A DNA stretch of 64,000 bases, from positions 31,562 through 95,561 of the forward strand of contig DASSDL010000080.1 in assembly GCA_035697145.1 (NCBI GenBank), in the 5' to 3' direction. Of the stretch, positions 18,218 to 26,894 are shown in pieces. Positions within the stretch are counted from its first letter, which is position 1; each line of letters starts with the position of its first letter. Both the position numbers and the translations under genes were made by a program. Under the pieces are notes generated by a model. It made no database searches. It had not been told where the DNA came from and saw only the letters and a list, made by a program, of their open reading frames with translations. The DNA comes from Acidimicrobiales bacterium. GTDB taxonomy: Bacteria; Actinomycetota; Acidimicrobiia; Acidimicrobiales; VFJN01.

Positions 18218-19419
18218 TGGCCGCCGACGATGTCTGGATCCTCGGGATCCATATGACCAAGTTCGGGAAGCATCCGGAGCGGGACACGGTGGATTTGGCG
18301 GCCGAGGCGACGACGGGGGCGCTTGCGGACGCCGGGGTGGGCATGCGCGACATCGGGGTGTTGGCGGCCGGGAATCTGATGGGGGGCGGCGGGGGGATCG
18401 GCCAGCAATTGCAGAAGCAGGTTGGCCAGACGGGGATCCCCGTCTACAACGTGGCCAACGCCTGCGCGACGGGGGCGACGGCGTTGCGCACGGCGATCAT
18501 GGCGCTCAAGGCGGGGGAGTGTGACCTGGGCCTGGCGGTCGGGGTCGAGAAGTTGGCGGGGGCGGGGCTGCTGGCGGGTGGGAACCGCAAGAGCGACGAC
18601 GACACCTGGACACCCAAGGGCCGGTTCGGGGCCGTGGCCCCGATCGATGGCCGGATCGGGACCGAGACAATGCCGGGGGTGTTCGCCCAGATCGGTATGG
18701 AGTACGGGCACCGTTACGGGGGGACGAGTTTCGAGCTGTTCGCGCGGATCAGCGAGAAGAACCACGCCCATTCGACCCTGAACCCGTTGGCGGCATATTC
18801 GAAGCAGTTCACGCTGGCCGAGATCATGGGCGACGTGATGATCGCCTACCCCAACACCCGGCCCATGTGCTCGGCCAACTGCGACGGCGCCGCCGCCGCC
18901 GTGGTGGTCACCGACCAGCGCTTGCGGCGCATGGATCCGGATCAGCGGCGCAGGGCGGTAAAGGTGGCGGCGTCGGTGCTCACCACAGACCCCTGGGAAG
19001 AAGCCTGCCAGGTGCTCCCCAATGTCAACACGCTGACTCGCAACGCCGCCCACCAGGCCTACGAGGCCGCCGGTGTGGCCCCCGAGGACCTCGACCTCGT
19101 CGAGTTGCACGACTGTTTCGCCACCGCCGAACTGGTCCATTACGACAACCTCATGCTCTGCGCCCAGGGCGAAGCCGTGCCGTTCTTCGAGTCCGGGGCC
19201 ACCTGGCGCGACGGCGCCACCCCCGTGAACGTGTCCGGCGGCCTCCAATCCAAGGGCCATCCCATCGCCGCCACCGGCATCGCCAACGTCTGGGAGATCT
19301 GCCACCACCTCCGCGACGAAGCCGGCGACCGCCAGATCCCCGACGCCAAAGTCGGACTCGCCCACGTCATCGGCCTCGGTTCCGCCTGCGGCATCCACAT
19401 CCTCGAGAAGGCCGCATGA
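18217..19419 (+). CDS. thiolase-like / SCP-x type lipid-transfer protein
   Basis: In-frame ATG at 18217 (MAADDVWILGIHMTKFGKHPE...) with VYNVANACATGATALRTA (active-site Cys region). The classic partner of DUF35. Confidence 0.9.
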   Translation: MAADDVWILGIHMTKFGKHPERDTVDLAAEATTGALADAGVGMRDIGVLAAGNLMGGGGGIGQQLQKQVGQTGIPVYNVANACATGATALRTAIMALKAGECDLGLAVGVEKLAGAGLLAGGNRKSDDDTWTPKGRFGAVAPIDGRIGTETMPGVFAQIGMEYGHRYGGTSFELFARISEKNHAHSTLNPLAAYSKQFTLAEIMGDVMIAYPNTRPMCSANCDGAAAAVVVTDQRLRRMDPDQRRRAVKVAASVLTTDPWEEACQVLPNVNTLTRNAAHQAYEAAGVAPEDLDLVELHDCFATAELVHYDNLMLCAQGEAVPFFESGATWRDGATPVNVSGGLQSKGHPIAATGIANVWEICHHLRDEAGDRQIPDAKVGLAHVIGLGSACGIHILEKAA

Positions 19420-19450
19420 CCGGGCTCGCCGCGCCTTCAACCGGACGGGG

Positions 19451-20974
19451 TCAGAGCAGGCGAAGTTGGCTCGGAGTCGTTGTCGCCGGGGCGTGGTCCG
19501 GCAAAGGATCGCGGCCCGTGTGGTGCCGGGGGTCGGTGCGCCCGGCGGGCAGCCCGCCGCAGCGGCGCACCAGCTCGCGGACGTGCGTCTCCAGCGCCTG
19601 CTGTTCGGCCTTGGGCGCGTAGGCGCGGTCGCGGTAGCGGCGGCGATAGCTCGCCAGGAGGTGGGGATGGGACTCGGCCAGGCGGCCGAGGAACACCTCC
19701 TTCACGCCCGGGCGCAGGTGGAGCAGCACCGAGGAGATGGAGCGGGCGCCGGCGTCCACACACGCCCGCACCACCGCCTCGACCTGTTCGGGACCGTCGG
19801 ACAGGTCGGGTAGCACGGGGGCGACGAGCACGCCGGTGGGCACTCCCGCGGCGTTGAGCTGCTCCACGGCACGCACGCGGTGGGCCGGGTGCGGGGTGCC
19901 CGGCTCGGTGCTACGCCACACCGCCTCGTCGAGCGTGCCGATCGAGAGGTTGACCCGGACATCGGCGCGGCGAGCCGCCTCGGTCAGCAGCTCGACGTCG
20001 CGTAGCACCAGCGTCGACTTGGTCAGGATCGAGAACGGGTTCGCGTGCTCGACCAGCGCCTCGATGATGCCGCGGGTGAGCCGGTACTTGCCCTCGGCTC
20101 GCTGGTAGGGATCGGCGTTGGTGCCCATGGCGATGAGCTCACCGGCCCACCGCCGGGGATCGAGCTCGTGGCGCAACCGCGACACGGCGTTGACCTTGAC
20201 CACGATGCGACGCTCGAAGTCGCGATCGGCATCGAGGTCGAGGTAGGTGTGCGTGGGCCGGGCGAAGCAGTTGTGGCTCACCACACCTTCGGCGATGAAG
20301 TCGCCGGTACCCGTGGTGATGTCGAACAGCGGCACGTCGGCCCCGACCGGATCGATGGCCACCACCCGGCGGCGGGCGCCGCCACTGATGGCCGCGTCGG
20401 CGGGCCCATCGACCGCCTCGGGCCGAATGGCGCGGAAGTCGTCGACGCCGAGCAGCGAATGGTGCCGGGTGAGGTGGGGCCGTGGGCCTGAGCCCAGCCC
20501 GGTGCGGGACACGTGCTTCCAGCCTCGGTCTGTGAGGAACCGATGGTCGCCGCTGGCGACCAGCCGGGTGCCGTCGGCCAGCGTCACCCGGTAGGCGGGC
20601 TTCACGGTCGACCAGTGGTCGATGACCGTGGTCGGGACGCAGCGCCGGCGGACCTCGTCGCGAACCGTGCCGCAGATCTCATCGCCCGGTCGCACATCGG
20701 CCAGCGGCCTGGCGCTGCCGTCGGCCATGAGGATGGGCGTCTCGCCCGCCAGGCAGTACGTGCACGCGTGGCTACAGCCCCGGTAGGCGTTGATGGTGTA
20801 GCGGAACCCGAAGGGCGCCCCCGGCACCTCGTTGATGATGCGCTGGGCCCGCACGTGCAGGAACTCCATGCCGCGGAACTCGCCGCGCCCCGGCTCTCGC
20901 TCGAACACCGGCTCGTCGAACAGCGCCCCCTGGGCCTGAGGCCGATCGGCCTGCCGCCACCGCAACTCCGTCAC
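19451..20974 (-). CDS. Rv2578c/SplB-like radical SAM protein interrupted by a mini-intein
   Basis: YRGCSHACTY-[162 aa]-CFARPTHTYLD. Removing the insert restores CSHACTYCFARPTH (CxxxCxxC). I chose the GTG at 20974 (VTELRWRQ...). The longest track ORF starts at 21040. Confidence 0.85.
   Translation of the reverse strand: MTELRWRQADRPQAQGALFDEPVFEREPGRGEFRGMEFLHVRAQRIINEVPGAPFGFRYTINAYRGCSHACTYCLAGETPILMADGSARPLADVRPGDEICGTVRDEVRRRCVPTTVIDHWSTVKPAYRVTLADGTRLVASGDHRFLTDRGWKHVSRTGLGSGPRPHLTRHHSLLGVDDFRAIRPEAVDGPADAAISGGARRRVVAIDPVGADVPLFDITTGTGDFIAEGVVSHNCFARPTHTYLDLDADRDFERRIVVKVNAVSRLRHELDPRRWAGELIAMGTNADPYQRAEGKYRLTRGIIEALVEHANPFSILTKSTLVLRDVELLTEAARRADVRVNLSIGTLDEAVWRSTEPGTPHPAHRVRAVEQLNAAGVPTGVLVAPVLPDLSDGPEQVEAVVRACVDAGARSISSVLLHLRPGVKEVFLGRLAESHPHLLASYRRRYRDRAYAPKAEQQALETHVRELVRRCGGLPAGRTDPRHHTGRDPLPDHAPATTTPSQLRLL
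20270..20755 (-). mobile_element. class-1 mini-intein (162 aa, no homing endonuclease domain)
   Basis: Starts CLAGETPILMADGSARPLADVRPGDEI (block A) and contains ASGDHRFLT (block B-like). Ends DFIAEGVVSHN and is followed by the Cys+1 extein residue. Coordinates were derived by codon counting from the ORF start and checked on the DNA. Confidence 0.85.
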
Positions 20975-21178
20975 GCATCCGACTATAGCGAACGTATGTA
21001 CGCCAGTGGACGATATTTTCTGGCGCCGCCGGGTTGGCACTCACCGGCGAAGGCGCCGGAGGCCGCGGCTCAGCGATGTCCTTGCGGAGCTGGTTCAGCC
21101 CGGCGCGTTCGTCGACCGAGGGGCCTCCCTTCTCCGAGTGGGCGGCACCGATGGGCCACTGAACCGCAAGCCGTCTCT

Positions 21179-21206
21179 GCAAAGGCGCTTTGCGAAGGGC
21201 CTTTGC
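21179..21206. promoter_or_regulatory. candidate ArsR operator
   Basis: Palindrome GCAAAGGCGCTTTGC (21179-21193) plus a third half-site GCCTTTGC (21199-21206), about 20 nt upstream of the GTG at 21224. Confidence 0.3.
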
Positions 21207-21223
21207 GATGTTAGGGTCACGGT

Positions 21224-21805
21224 GTGGCTCCTCCGCCGAGGTTCTACGAGCTGGACGATGCCAGCGTTCAGCTGCTCGCACATCCCTTGCGGTTACGGCT
21301 ACTGGCCCTCTTGCGGCTCGATGGAGCGTCCACCGCCACCAGGCTCGCGGAGCGCGTAGGTGAGTCGAGCGGTGTGACCAGCTATCACCTTCGCAAGCTG
21401 GCTGACGCCGGCTTTATCGAAGAGGACCCAGGCCGGGGCACCAAGCGCGACCGCTGGTGGAGGTCGGCGCACGAGGCCACGAAGGTCTCACACGCCGACT
21501 TCCTCGGTGACCCGGACGCGCATCGAGCAAGTGTGAGCGTGCGTCGGGAGATCAACCGCTGGCAGCAGCGGCTCGTCGAGCTGTGGCTGGCCGAGGAGGC
21601 CGACTGGGACAAGGCCTGGGTCGACGCCGCAGGATCCAGCGACTGGTTGCTGCGGCTCACCCCTGCCCAGACGAAGGCGCTGAACGAGGAGATCCTCGGC
21701 GTCGTCCGTCGTTACAACGACAACGAAGCACCCGAGGACGATCCCGATGCCGAGCGGGTCGTCTGGTTCCAGCACCTCATCCCTGTGAGCGAGCTGCCGT
21801 TCTGA
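21224..21805 (+). CDS. ArsR-like winged-helix transcriptional regulator
   Basis: LLAHPLRLRLLALLRLDGASTATRLAERVGESSGVTSYHLRKLADAGFIEE. Confidence 0.85.
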   Translation: MAPPPRFYELDDASVQLLAHPLRLRLLALLRLDGASTATRLAERVGESSGVTSYHLRKLADAGFIEEDPGRGTKRDRWWRSAHEATKVSHADFLGDPDAHRASVSVRREINRWQQRLVELWLAEEADWDKAWVDAAGSSDWLLRLTPAQTKALNEEILGVVRRYNDNEAPEDDPDAERVVWFQHLIPVSELPF

Positions 21806-23067
21806 TGCCGGTCGGCGCCACCGCGCTGCGCCGGCGTTACGTACTACTCACAGGATTGCGTTGGCTACCGGTCGGCTTCACAACCCCGCTGCTTGTCCTT
21901 CTGCAGCTGTCACGTGGCCTGACACTGGGGCAGGTCGGCATCACGATGGCCTGCTTCGGGGCCACCACGGCGTTGCTCGAGTTGCCGACGGGTGGCTTGG
22001 CCGACGCTGTCGGGCGCCGGCCGGTGCTAGTGGCGTCGTCGGTCCTGGGGATCGTCGTCTTCGGGTTGATGCTCGTGGCCGACGGTCTAGGGCTATGGAT
22101 CGCGATCAAGCTGTTGGCGGGCGCGGCGCGGGCGCTCGATTCGGGGCCGCTGGAGGCCTGGTATGTCGACGAAGTACGTCGTCTTGATCCAGGCGCCGAC
22201 ATCCGCCAGGGGTTGTCGCGAGGCCATGCGGTTGAAGGCGTGGGTCTTGGGTCCTCGGCCGTGGCCGGTGGCTTGCTGCCGGTTGCCTTCGGCGGCAGCT
22301 TCAACGCTGCGGTCGTCGCAGCCCTTGCGGCCCAGTGCCTTCATCTCGCCGGCTTGCTGGTCCTCATGACCGAGCACCGCACGTTCGACCGAGGGGCGCT
22401 GGCGAGAGCCACCCTTCAGGTACCGGCAGTCATCCGAGCCGGGCTAGCGGTCGGGATGGGACGGGGACCGGTCTCCTGGCTGCTGTGCGGCTCGGCGGTC
22501 TGGGGTGTGGCACTGGTTGGCATCGAGCTCCTGTGGCAGCCGCGCTTCACCGACCTTCTCGGCACCCGATCCGAGACCGGGCCCCTAGGGTTCCTCATGG
22601 CGGGTGCGTTTCTCGCGGCGGCGGCCGGTTCGGCCATGGCGCCACGCCTGGCCCTGCTCGTTGGCGGGGGTACCAGTCACAGCGCCATGGCGTGCACGCT
22701 GGCACAGGCGGCGGTCTACATGGCGTTGGCGGCCGCAGGGTCCTTCGCTATGGCGGCTCCTGCGTTCGTCATCGTGTACCTCCTGAACGGCGCCCGCGGC
22801 CCGTTCCACCATGAGCTGCTACACGAACACGTCGCTGCGGAGCAGCGCACCACGATGTTGTCAGCCGCATCACTGAGCCTGATGGCCGGCGGGTTGGTCA
22901 CCAGCCTGACTCTGCCCGCCCTCGAAGGGGTGGCAGGCATCCCGTGGACCTGGGCACTGGTGGCCGCAGTGCTCGCTACCTCGTCGCTGTTGTACCTGTG
23001 GATCCCCGATCGTCCGGCGCCAATCGCGCCATTCGAGCCCGAGCCAGAGCGAGTCGCGGTCGACTGA
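21805..23067 (+). CDS. MFS transporter
   Basis: In-frame ATG at 21805, overlapping the ArsR stop. Multiple TM helices and the motif-A-like GGLADAVGRRPVLV. Confidence 0.9.
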   Translation: MPVGATALRRRYVLLTGLRWLPVGFTTPLLVLLQLSRGLTLGQVGITMACFGATTALLELPTGGLADAVGRRPVLVASSVLGIVVFGLMLVADGLGLWIAIKLLAGAARALDSGPLEAWYVDEVRRLDPGADIRQGLSRGHAVEGVGLGSSAVAGGLLPVAFGGSFNAAVVAALAAQCLHLAGLLVLMTEHRTFDRGALARATLQVPAVIRAGLAVGMGRGPVSWLLCGSAVWGVALVGIELLWQPRFTDLLGTRSETGPLGFLMAGAFLAAAAGSAMAPRLALLVGGGTSHSAMACTLAQAAVYMALAAAGSFAMAAPAFVIVYLLNGARGPFHHELLHEHVAAEQRTTMLSAASLSLMAGGLVTSLTLPALEGVAGIPWTWALVAAVLATSSLLYLWIPDRPAPIAPFEPEPERVAVD

Positions 23068-23149
23068 TCTTCACCGAGCAGACCGATGAGCAGCCTCCGC
23101 CTCTTCCTGCTCGGCCCGGCGAGCAGCCTCCGACGCCGGAGGCCGCGGC

Positions 23150-23752
23150 TCAGGTGGCCGGCGCCAAGGCGTCCTTCGGCGCCAGCAGGTCCTGCAGCAC
23201 GGCCTGGACGGCAACGAGGGGTTCGGTCGACCGCTCGCCCTTGCCGATGACGATCGTGCCCTCGATCGCGGCGATGATCAGGGTCGCTAGGCCATGGGCC
23301 TCGGCGGCGGAGCGTCCCTCGGCCTCGAGGGCCTGGGCGAAGCGATCGATCCACCCCCGCAAGGCCCGTCCTGTGGCCGTGGCCAGGGCCTCGTGGGCGG
23401 CGGCCGCATCGAGCGCGACCGTGGCGACCGCGCACCCCTCCGCGAAGTCGGTGCGCTGCAAGTGCTCGATGTAGTCGTCGAAGAAGGTGGCGACGGCCTC
23501 GCCGACGGTGTCACCCTCCTCGAGCCCCTGCTCGAGTCGCCGCGTCGCGCGCTCGGCGAAGTAGTCGACGGCGGCGGCCGCCAGCTCCTCCTTGCCGCCC
23601 GGGAAGTGGAAGTACATCGAGCCCTTGGGCGCGTGCGCCTCGGCCATCACCTGGTTGAGCCCGGTCGCTCCGTAACCCTGCTTGCGCAGGAGCCGGCTGG
23701 TGGTGCGAACGAGACGGTCACGTGTGTCGGATGCCACAACACCAGCGTACAA
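23150..23752 (-). CDS. TetR/AcrR family transcriptional regulator
   Basis: TRDRLVRTTSRLLRKQGYGATGLNQVMAEAHAPKGSMYFHFPGGKEEL. The start is TTG at 23752 or GTG at 23737. Confidence 0.9.
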   Translation of the reverse strand: MYAGVVASDTRDRLVRTTSRLLRKQGYGATGLNQVMAEAHAPKGSMYFHFPGGKEELAAAAVDYFAERATRRLEQGLEEGDTVGEAVATFFDDYIEHLQRTDFAEGCAVATVALDAAAAHEALATATGRALRGWIDRFAQALEAEGRSAAEAHGLATLIIAAIEGTIVIGKGERSTEPLVAVQAVLQDLLAPKDALAPAT

Positions 23753-23759
23753 CTATTGC

Positions 23760-23790
23760 GACCGGTCTATTGACTATGACGACTGGTCTA
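23760..23790. promoter_or_regulatory. candidate TetR operator
   Basis: Two boxes, GACCGGTCTA (23760-23769) and GACTGGTCTA (23781-23790), spaced 21 bp apart. GACCGGTC is itself a perfect palindrome. They lie between the divergent TetR and GNAT starts. Confidence 0.4.
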
Positions 23791-23804
23791 GTTACGTTCG
23801 ATTC

Positions 23805-24314
23805 ATGCTGCTACGAGCATCGGAAGCCGGAGACCTGGAGCCCTTGCGGGCTTTCATCGCTCGCTGCTCTCCCGGGACCCTGTACCGGCGGTTCCACGGC
23901 ACCGGACCGCAGGCGATCGAGCGGGAGCTCACCCGAATCGCTTCGCCGGCAGACGACCACCGGTCGTGGGTCGTCGTCGACGGGGGCGAGGTGCGGGGCA
24001 CGGCCAGCCTGGCGCGCTCCCGTTCCGGCGCGACCGAGATGGCGCTGCTGGTGGAGGACCGGTGGTTCCGGCGGGGGATCGGGCGGGCGCTTGTCGGTGA
24101 GCTCATCACCCACGCGGAGCTCGCCCGGCTCGAGACGATCACGGCCTGGATCCAGGCCGACAACGAACGGGCCGTGCGCTTCATCCGGGCGGTGGCTCCC
24201 CAGGCGAGCATCCGCTTCGTCGGGGGTGCCGAGCTCGAGATGCTGATCCCTGTGGCTGCGGCGGTGGAATTGGGCCCGGCCCGCGCCGCGAACCCGACGC
24301 GGGAGGCGGCGTGA
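23805..24314 (+). CDS. GNAT acetyltransferase resembling the catalytic domain of Pat-type protein lysine acetyltransferases
   Basis: In-frame ATG at 23805. CSPGTLYRRFHG...ELTRI...DDHRSWVVVDGGEVRGTASLAR...TEMALLVEDRWFRRGIGRALVGELITHA...ITAWIQADNERAVRFI. Confidence 0.8.
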   Translation: MLLRASEAGDLEPLRAFIARCSPGTLYRRFHGTGPQAIERELTRIASPADDHRSWVVVDGGEVRGTASLARSRSGATEMALLVEDRWFRRGIGRALVGELITHAELARLETITAWIQADNERAVRFIRAVAPQASIRFVGGAELEMLIPVAAAVELGPARAANPTREAA

Positions 24315-24745
24315 GGGCCCGGCGCCGGCCGGACGTGGCGGTCCTGGCCGACGTACCCCCCTTCGACCGTTACGCGCGCAGCTCCCTGGCGCCGCTCATT
24401 CCCCACGCCGACCGGTTGCGGGTCGCCGACGGCACCGTCGTAGCACGCGAGGGCCATCGTGCCAGGCAGCTCGTCATCGTGGTGGCCGGCGTTCTGCTCG
24501 CCACCCGCGGCGGGCGTCCGGTCGGGGCATTGGGCCCGGGCACCTGGATCGGCGCCGAGGAACTGCTCGCCGACCGGGCTCACGACTGCACGCTGGTGGC
24601 GGGCGAGGGGTTGGAGGTGCTCGTGCTGAACGGGCCCGCCTACCGCTGGGCGGTCCAGACCTTGCCGGGGCTGGCCGACGTGCGGGTGCTAGACCTGCGG
24701 CGGGTCGAGGCGGCGCTCGAGCAGCAGGCTACGTTCACGGGGTGA
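24311..24745 (+). CDS. stand-alone cyclic-nucleotide-binding (CAP/Crp effector) domain protein
   Basis: LADVPPFDRYARSSLAPLIPHADRLRVADGTVVAREGHRARQLVIVVAGVLL...GPGTWIGAEELL. GTGA overlaps occur at both ends. Confidence 0.7.
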   Translation: MRARRRPDVAVLADVPPFDRYARSSLAPLIPHADRLRVADGTVVAREGHRARQLVIVVAGVLLATRGGRPVGALGPGTWIGAEELLADRAHDCTLVAGEGLEVLVLNGPAYRWAVQTLPGLADVRVLDLRRVEAALEQQATFTG

Positions 24746-25620
24746 CCGAACCAGCCGCCGCCCACGCGGGTACCTCCGAGACCGGGCCGTCACAGGCCGA
24801 CAAGGCCGCGCAGTTCCTCTCGCTGCACGACGGCCCGACCCCGCTGCTCATGCCTAACCCCTGGGACGCGGGGTCGGCCAAGCTGCTCGCCTGGCTCGGG
24901 TTCGAGGCCCTGGCGACCACCAGCAGCGGGTTCGCGGCCACCCTTGGGCGGCTGGACGGATCCGTCAGCCGCGAGGAGGCCCTTGCGCATGCGGCTTCGA
25001 TCGTCGCCGCCACCGACCGGCCCGTGTCGGCCGACCTCGAGAACTGCTTCGCCGACGAACCGGACGGCGTCGCCACGACCGTCCGTCTGGCGGTCGACGC
25101 GGGGCTGGCCGGGTGCTCTGTCGAGGACTTCAGCCAGCGGCCCGACGACCCGATCTACGACGCGGGGCTGGCCGCCGAGCGGGTGGCGGCTGCCACCGAG
25201 GCTGCCCATGCCGGCCCGGTCCACTTCGTGATCACTGCGCGCGCCGAGAACTACATCCGTGGCCGCCGGGACCTCGCCGACACCATCGCCCGGCTGCAGG
25301 CCTACCAGGAAGCGGGCGCCGACGTGCTGTTCGCGCCCGGGCTGAGCGACCTCGATGACGTACGCCAGGTGGTGGCGTCGGTCGACCGGCCGGTCAATGT
25401 GCTCCCCTGGCAGGGTGGCCCCACGGTGGCCCAGCTGGGCGAGGTCGGGGTTCGGCGCATCTCGGTGGGCGGAGCGTTCGCATTCGCCGCGCTGGGCAGT
25501 GTGGTCGACGCAGCCCGCGAACTACGCGAGCAGGGTACCTATGGGTTCCGCGAGCGCTCCCGCGTCGGGCTGACGGCGGTGAGGGACGCGTTCGCCGACA
25601 CCCAGAGGAGCGCACCATGA
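24742..25620 (+). CDS. isocitrate lyase / PEP mutase family protein (methylisocitrate-lyase-like)
   Basis: LLMPNPWDAGSAKLLAWLGFEALATTSSGFA...DLENCFADEP...GCSVEDF. Confidence 0.9.
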   Translation: MTEPAAAHAGTSETGPSQADKAAQFLSLHDGPTPLLMPNPWDAGSAKLLAWLGFEALATTSSGFAATLGRLDGSVSREEALAHAASIVAATDRPVSADLENCFADEPDGVATTVRLAVDAGLAGCSVEDFSQRPDDPIYDAGLAAERVAAATEAAHAGPVHFVITARAENYIRGRRDLADTIARLQAYQEAGADVLFAPGLSDLDDVRQVVASVDRPVNVLPWQGGPTVAQLGEVGVRRISVGGAFAFAALGSVVDAARELREQGTYGFRERSRVGLTAVRDAFADTQRSAP

Positions 25621-26372
25621 CCGGTGGCACGATCGCGACCGTGGCCATCATCGATGACCTGGAGGCCGAGCAGGAACGGCTCGAGGTGATCCTCGACGGG
25701 CTCGACGCGGCCGCCTGGCGATCGCCGTCGGCCGCCGCGGGTTGGAGCGTGGCCGACGTCGTCCTGCACCTGGCGCAGACCGAGGACGCGGTGGTCGTAT
25801 CGGTCGCCGGCGGTGACGGCTTCGAACGGCTGCGGGCGGGGTCGACGGGCGTCGACGACGCCGCGGAGCGGATGGTCCAGGCCGAGCGCGCCGAACCTGC
25901 GGTCGTGCTCCAGCGCTGGAAGGCGGGTCGCCGGGCGGCGCTGGCAGCGCTGCGCGCGGCCGATCCGCAGCAACCGATCCCGTGGGTGGCGACGCGCCTG
26001 AAGCCCGCCACGCTGGCAACGACACGCCTGGCCGAGCACTGGGCGCACGGGCTCGACATCACCGGCCCACTCGAGGTGTCGTTTCCCGACACCGAGCGGC
26101 TGCGCCACATCGCCTGGCTGGCGCACGGCACGCTGCCCTACGCCTTTGCGCTCGCCGGCCAGGAGGCCCACCCCGTGTATTGCGAACTGACCGGGCCGTC
26201 GGGCGAGACATGGCGCTACGGCCCGACGGGCGCCGACTCGACGATCACGGGCTCGGCCAGTGCGTTCTGCCGGGTCGGGGCGCAACGGCTGGCGCCCCAG
26301 GATTCGGGCCTCGTCGCCACGGGGCCCAACGGTGAGGCCGCGCTGCGGGTCCTGCGCACCTACGCCGGTTGA
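25617..26372 (+). CDS. DinB-like, mycothiol-dependent maleylpyruvate isomerase family metal-binding protein
   Basis: IIDDLEAEQERLEVILDGLDAAAWRSPSAAAGWSVADVVLHLAQTEDA. ATGA overlap with the upstream gene. Confidence 0.85.
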   Translation: MTGGTIATVAIIDDLEAEQERLEVILDGLDAAAWRSPSAAAGWSVADVVLHLAQTEDAVVVSVAGGDGFERLRAGSTGVDDAAERMVQAERAEPAVVLQRWKAGRRAALAALRAADPQQPIPWVATRLKPATLATTRLAEHWAHGLDITGPLEVSFPDTERLRHIAWLAHGTLPYAFALAGQEAHPVYCELTGPSGETWRYGPTGADSTITGSASAFCRVGAQRLAPQDSGLVATGPNGEAALRVLRTYAG

Positions 26373-26390
26373 CACCGACAGGCCAGGCGG

Positions 26391-26864
26391 TCAGAGGCTC
26401 AGTGGCTTGATCGGCGCGGCGATGAGCGCCGGGTCGGAGCGCCAGTCGACGCCGGGAACGTCGACGTAGAGCTCGATCTCGTTGCCGTCGGGGTCCGCGA
26501 TATAGAGGCTGTGGGTGACCGTGTGGTCGCTGGCGCCCAGGACGGGCGTCCCGGTCTCCCGCAACCGGTCCAGCGCCTCCCGCAGCTCGTCGTCGGAGTC
26601 CCCGACCTTGAGCCCGAAGTGATAGAGGCCCACGCGGCGGCCTTCCGGCTGCGACGCTGCGTCCGGCCCGACCTCGATGAGCAGCAGCTCGTGATGCGTG
26701 CGGCCGGAGGGCGCCGAGAACGCCGCCACCGGGGCCCGGAGTGGGGAGGACCCGTCGGCGTCGGGCACGATCTGCCGCCAGCCCAGCACATCACGGTAGA
26801 AGTGGGCGGAGCGCTCCATGTCGCGCACGTACAGGACGATGTGTCCGAGTTCCTTGATCTCCAT
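26391..26864 (-). CDS. VOC/glyoxalase family protein
   Basis: MEIKELGHIVLYVRDMERSAHFYRDVLGW...HHELLLIE...LYHFGLKV...SLYIADPDGNEIELY. Confidence 0.9.
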   Translation of the reverse strand: MEIKELGHIVLYVRDMERSAHFYRDVLGWRQIVPDADGSSPLRAPVAAFSAPSGRTHHELLLIEVGPDAASQPEGRRVGLYHFGLKVGDSDDELREALDRLRETGTPVLGASDHTVTHSLYIADPDGNEIELYVDVPGVDWRSDPALIAAPIKPLSL

Positions 26865-26894
26865 GAGAGCCGCTCCTGGTCGCGGGTGGAGCGC

